Source of the DNA: Octopus sinensis
Lineage: Eukaryota
Length of the DNA stretch: 8,784 nucleotides
NCBI RefSeq assembly: GCF_006345805.1
Contig: NW_021828145.1
Coordinates: forward strand, 1 to 8,784
Reading direction: 5' to 3'
Below are positions 7,363 through 8,784 of this stretch, piece by piece. The notes under the pieces are model-generated. The model made no database searches. It had not been told where the DNA came from and saw nothing but the letters and a program-made list of their open reading frames with translations. A program made the translations under genes and the position numbers. Every line of letters starts with the position of its first letter. The stretch's first letter is position 1.

Positions 7363-7690
7363 GTTTCTTTATTAGCCACACAGGGCTGCACACAGATAGA
7401 ACAATTACAAGGTAGAGCTTTTCTTTTGGGGGTAAAAAAAAAAAAAAAAGGAGAGTGGTGGTTTTCGATCAAAAGGGATCGTAAAAGGAAAGAAAAAGGA
7501 CAAAAAAAAGGGGAGGGGTTTAAAAAAGGGGGGGAGAGAACAAAAATGAATATTAGGGATCGTTATCACAGAAATGTCAATATGAAGTGTAAAGGGGAGG
7601 ACAGGTGAGGTTTACCCGTGGAAAGAAAAGCCTACGGAAAAGACCACGGTAACCTCGGTCAATGAAGTCACATGTTTATATTCTTTTTTT
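7360..7690 (-). mobile_element. 3' UTR of a non-LTR retrotransposon (probably L1/Tx1-like, octopus family)
   Basis: The minus strand ends ...GTGTGGCT-AATAAA-GAAACAT-(ATCT)n, with the polyadenylation signal at 7368-7373 and the microsatellite as tail. The Tx1 assignment rests on my recall of an Octopus repeat; no coding sequence is present in the window. Confidence 0.55.
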
Positions 7691-7778
7691 TTTTTTTTTT
7701 GCAAATAAGCAACCTCTTGTATTAATTTTTATGGTTCATAGAAATTAACAAGAGTTGCTTATTTGCAAAAAAAAAAAA
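7689..7778. other. Near-perfect palindrome/fold-back (~42 bp stem, 3 nt loop)
   Basis: T12-GCAAATAAGCAACCTCTTGTATTAATTTTTATG-gtt-CATAGAAATTAACAAGAGTTGCTTATTTGC-A12, with two bulges (7714; 7721-7722) and one T:G pair. Confidence 0.95.
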
Positions 7779-7782
7779 TATA

Positions 7783-7936
<154 letters not shown>

Positions 7937-8084
7937 TTTTCTATCTGCTTTAGATTTCATACAAAATACAATTTAGAATGTGGCAAAGCTGAATCAAGGG
8001 AGGCGACTTTTGTCTGTCTTAAACCATGTACTGCGATTTGATTCATTTTTAGCATTTTAACATCTCTTCGCCTCTTACTACGTC

Positions 8085-8740
8085 TGCAGTCTTTTGCCCT
8101 CTTCTACTGTTCGGTCTCTTCTCTTTCTTTTCTTCTCTCTCCCACCCCACTCTCCATATCAACTGTTTTCCTTACTCTCCTCTTCACCTACTATTTCTTC
8201 TTCGTCTTGACCACTACCACCACATCACATTGACTATTTCTTCTTCCAATTCGCTTCTTCCTCTTTTCTTTAGTCCTTTTCTTTAGTCCTTTTCTCCGTC
8301 TGTTTTTCACCTTTCTTAATTTTCTCTCCTTTCTCTTCATGCCTACTGTCCTTCAGTTCCTCCTTCTCACTCTCTCATTCTTCTCTCTCCTCTCCTCCTC
8401 TCTCTCTCTCTTTTCACTCTTCTCTCTTTCTTTCTTCTATCTATCTAACTCTATCTCTCTCGCTCTCTCTCACCATTGCTCCGCTTCTCGCTTTCCTCCT
8501 CCCTTTCCCTCTCTCTTTCACTCTTCTCTTTCATACTTCCTCTTTTCCCTTTCCGCCATCCTGCTGTGCCCTTTATATATCCCTCCTCTCTCTCCTCTTC
8601 CCTCCTACTTCTCTAATACATCTCTCTCTTCTACTTCAACTACTTTATTCTTCTATAGTTTACTCCCATCTCCTCCCCTTCTTCCTTCTCCTTTCACTCT
8701 AGTTTGAGCTTTGCCCTCCCTCCACTTATCCTTACCACAG
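8085..8740 (+). repeat. ~650 bp pyrimidine-rich (CT/CTT/CCT) low-complexity tract
   Basis: The + strand is strongly depleted of G and A over this interval. Confidence 0.92.
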
Positions 8741-8784
8741 TTTATCCTCAGTAAGATGGAGGAGATATGCTGCAAGGGGCGAAA

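Noticed and set aside
8339-8707. 122 aa Ser/Leu/Phe/Pro-rich ORF resembling a signal peptide or membrane protein
   Set aside because: The composition follows directly from the CT low-complexity tract.

Overview
AT-rich eukaryotic DNA, dense in microsatellites and almost entirely non-coding. It is most likely from an octopus/coleoid cephalopod, inferred from the tRNA-headed CORE-type SINE and from several repeats I recall from Octopus genomes; I ran no database check. The window is mostly a stack of decayed transposons. It holds a Penelope-like (PLE) reverse transcriptase relic (~42-1371) with an inverted 5' part and a SINE inserted in it, and a second copy of that SINE (2301-2682). It also holds an internally deleted Tc1/mariner element (5294-5748), an RTE LINE relic (5993-6895, minus) interrupted by a one-ended hAT MITE fragment, and a LINE 3' UTR embedded between (GATA)n arrays. 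No intact protein-coding gene is recognisable, and most supplied ORFs are microsatellite or TE artefacts. There are plausible + strand splice signals (2730-2757, 3814-3958, 8741-). I found no convincing new biological system. The best leads are the inverted PLE segment, a ~90 bp near-perfect palindrome (7689-7778), a strongly flanked candidate exon whose only open-looking frame is broken by a single TAG, and a degenerate ~32 bp minisatellite.
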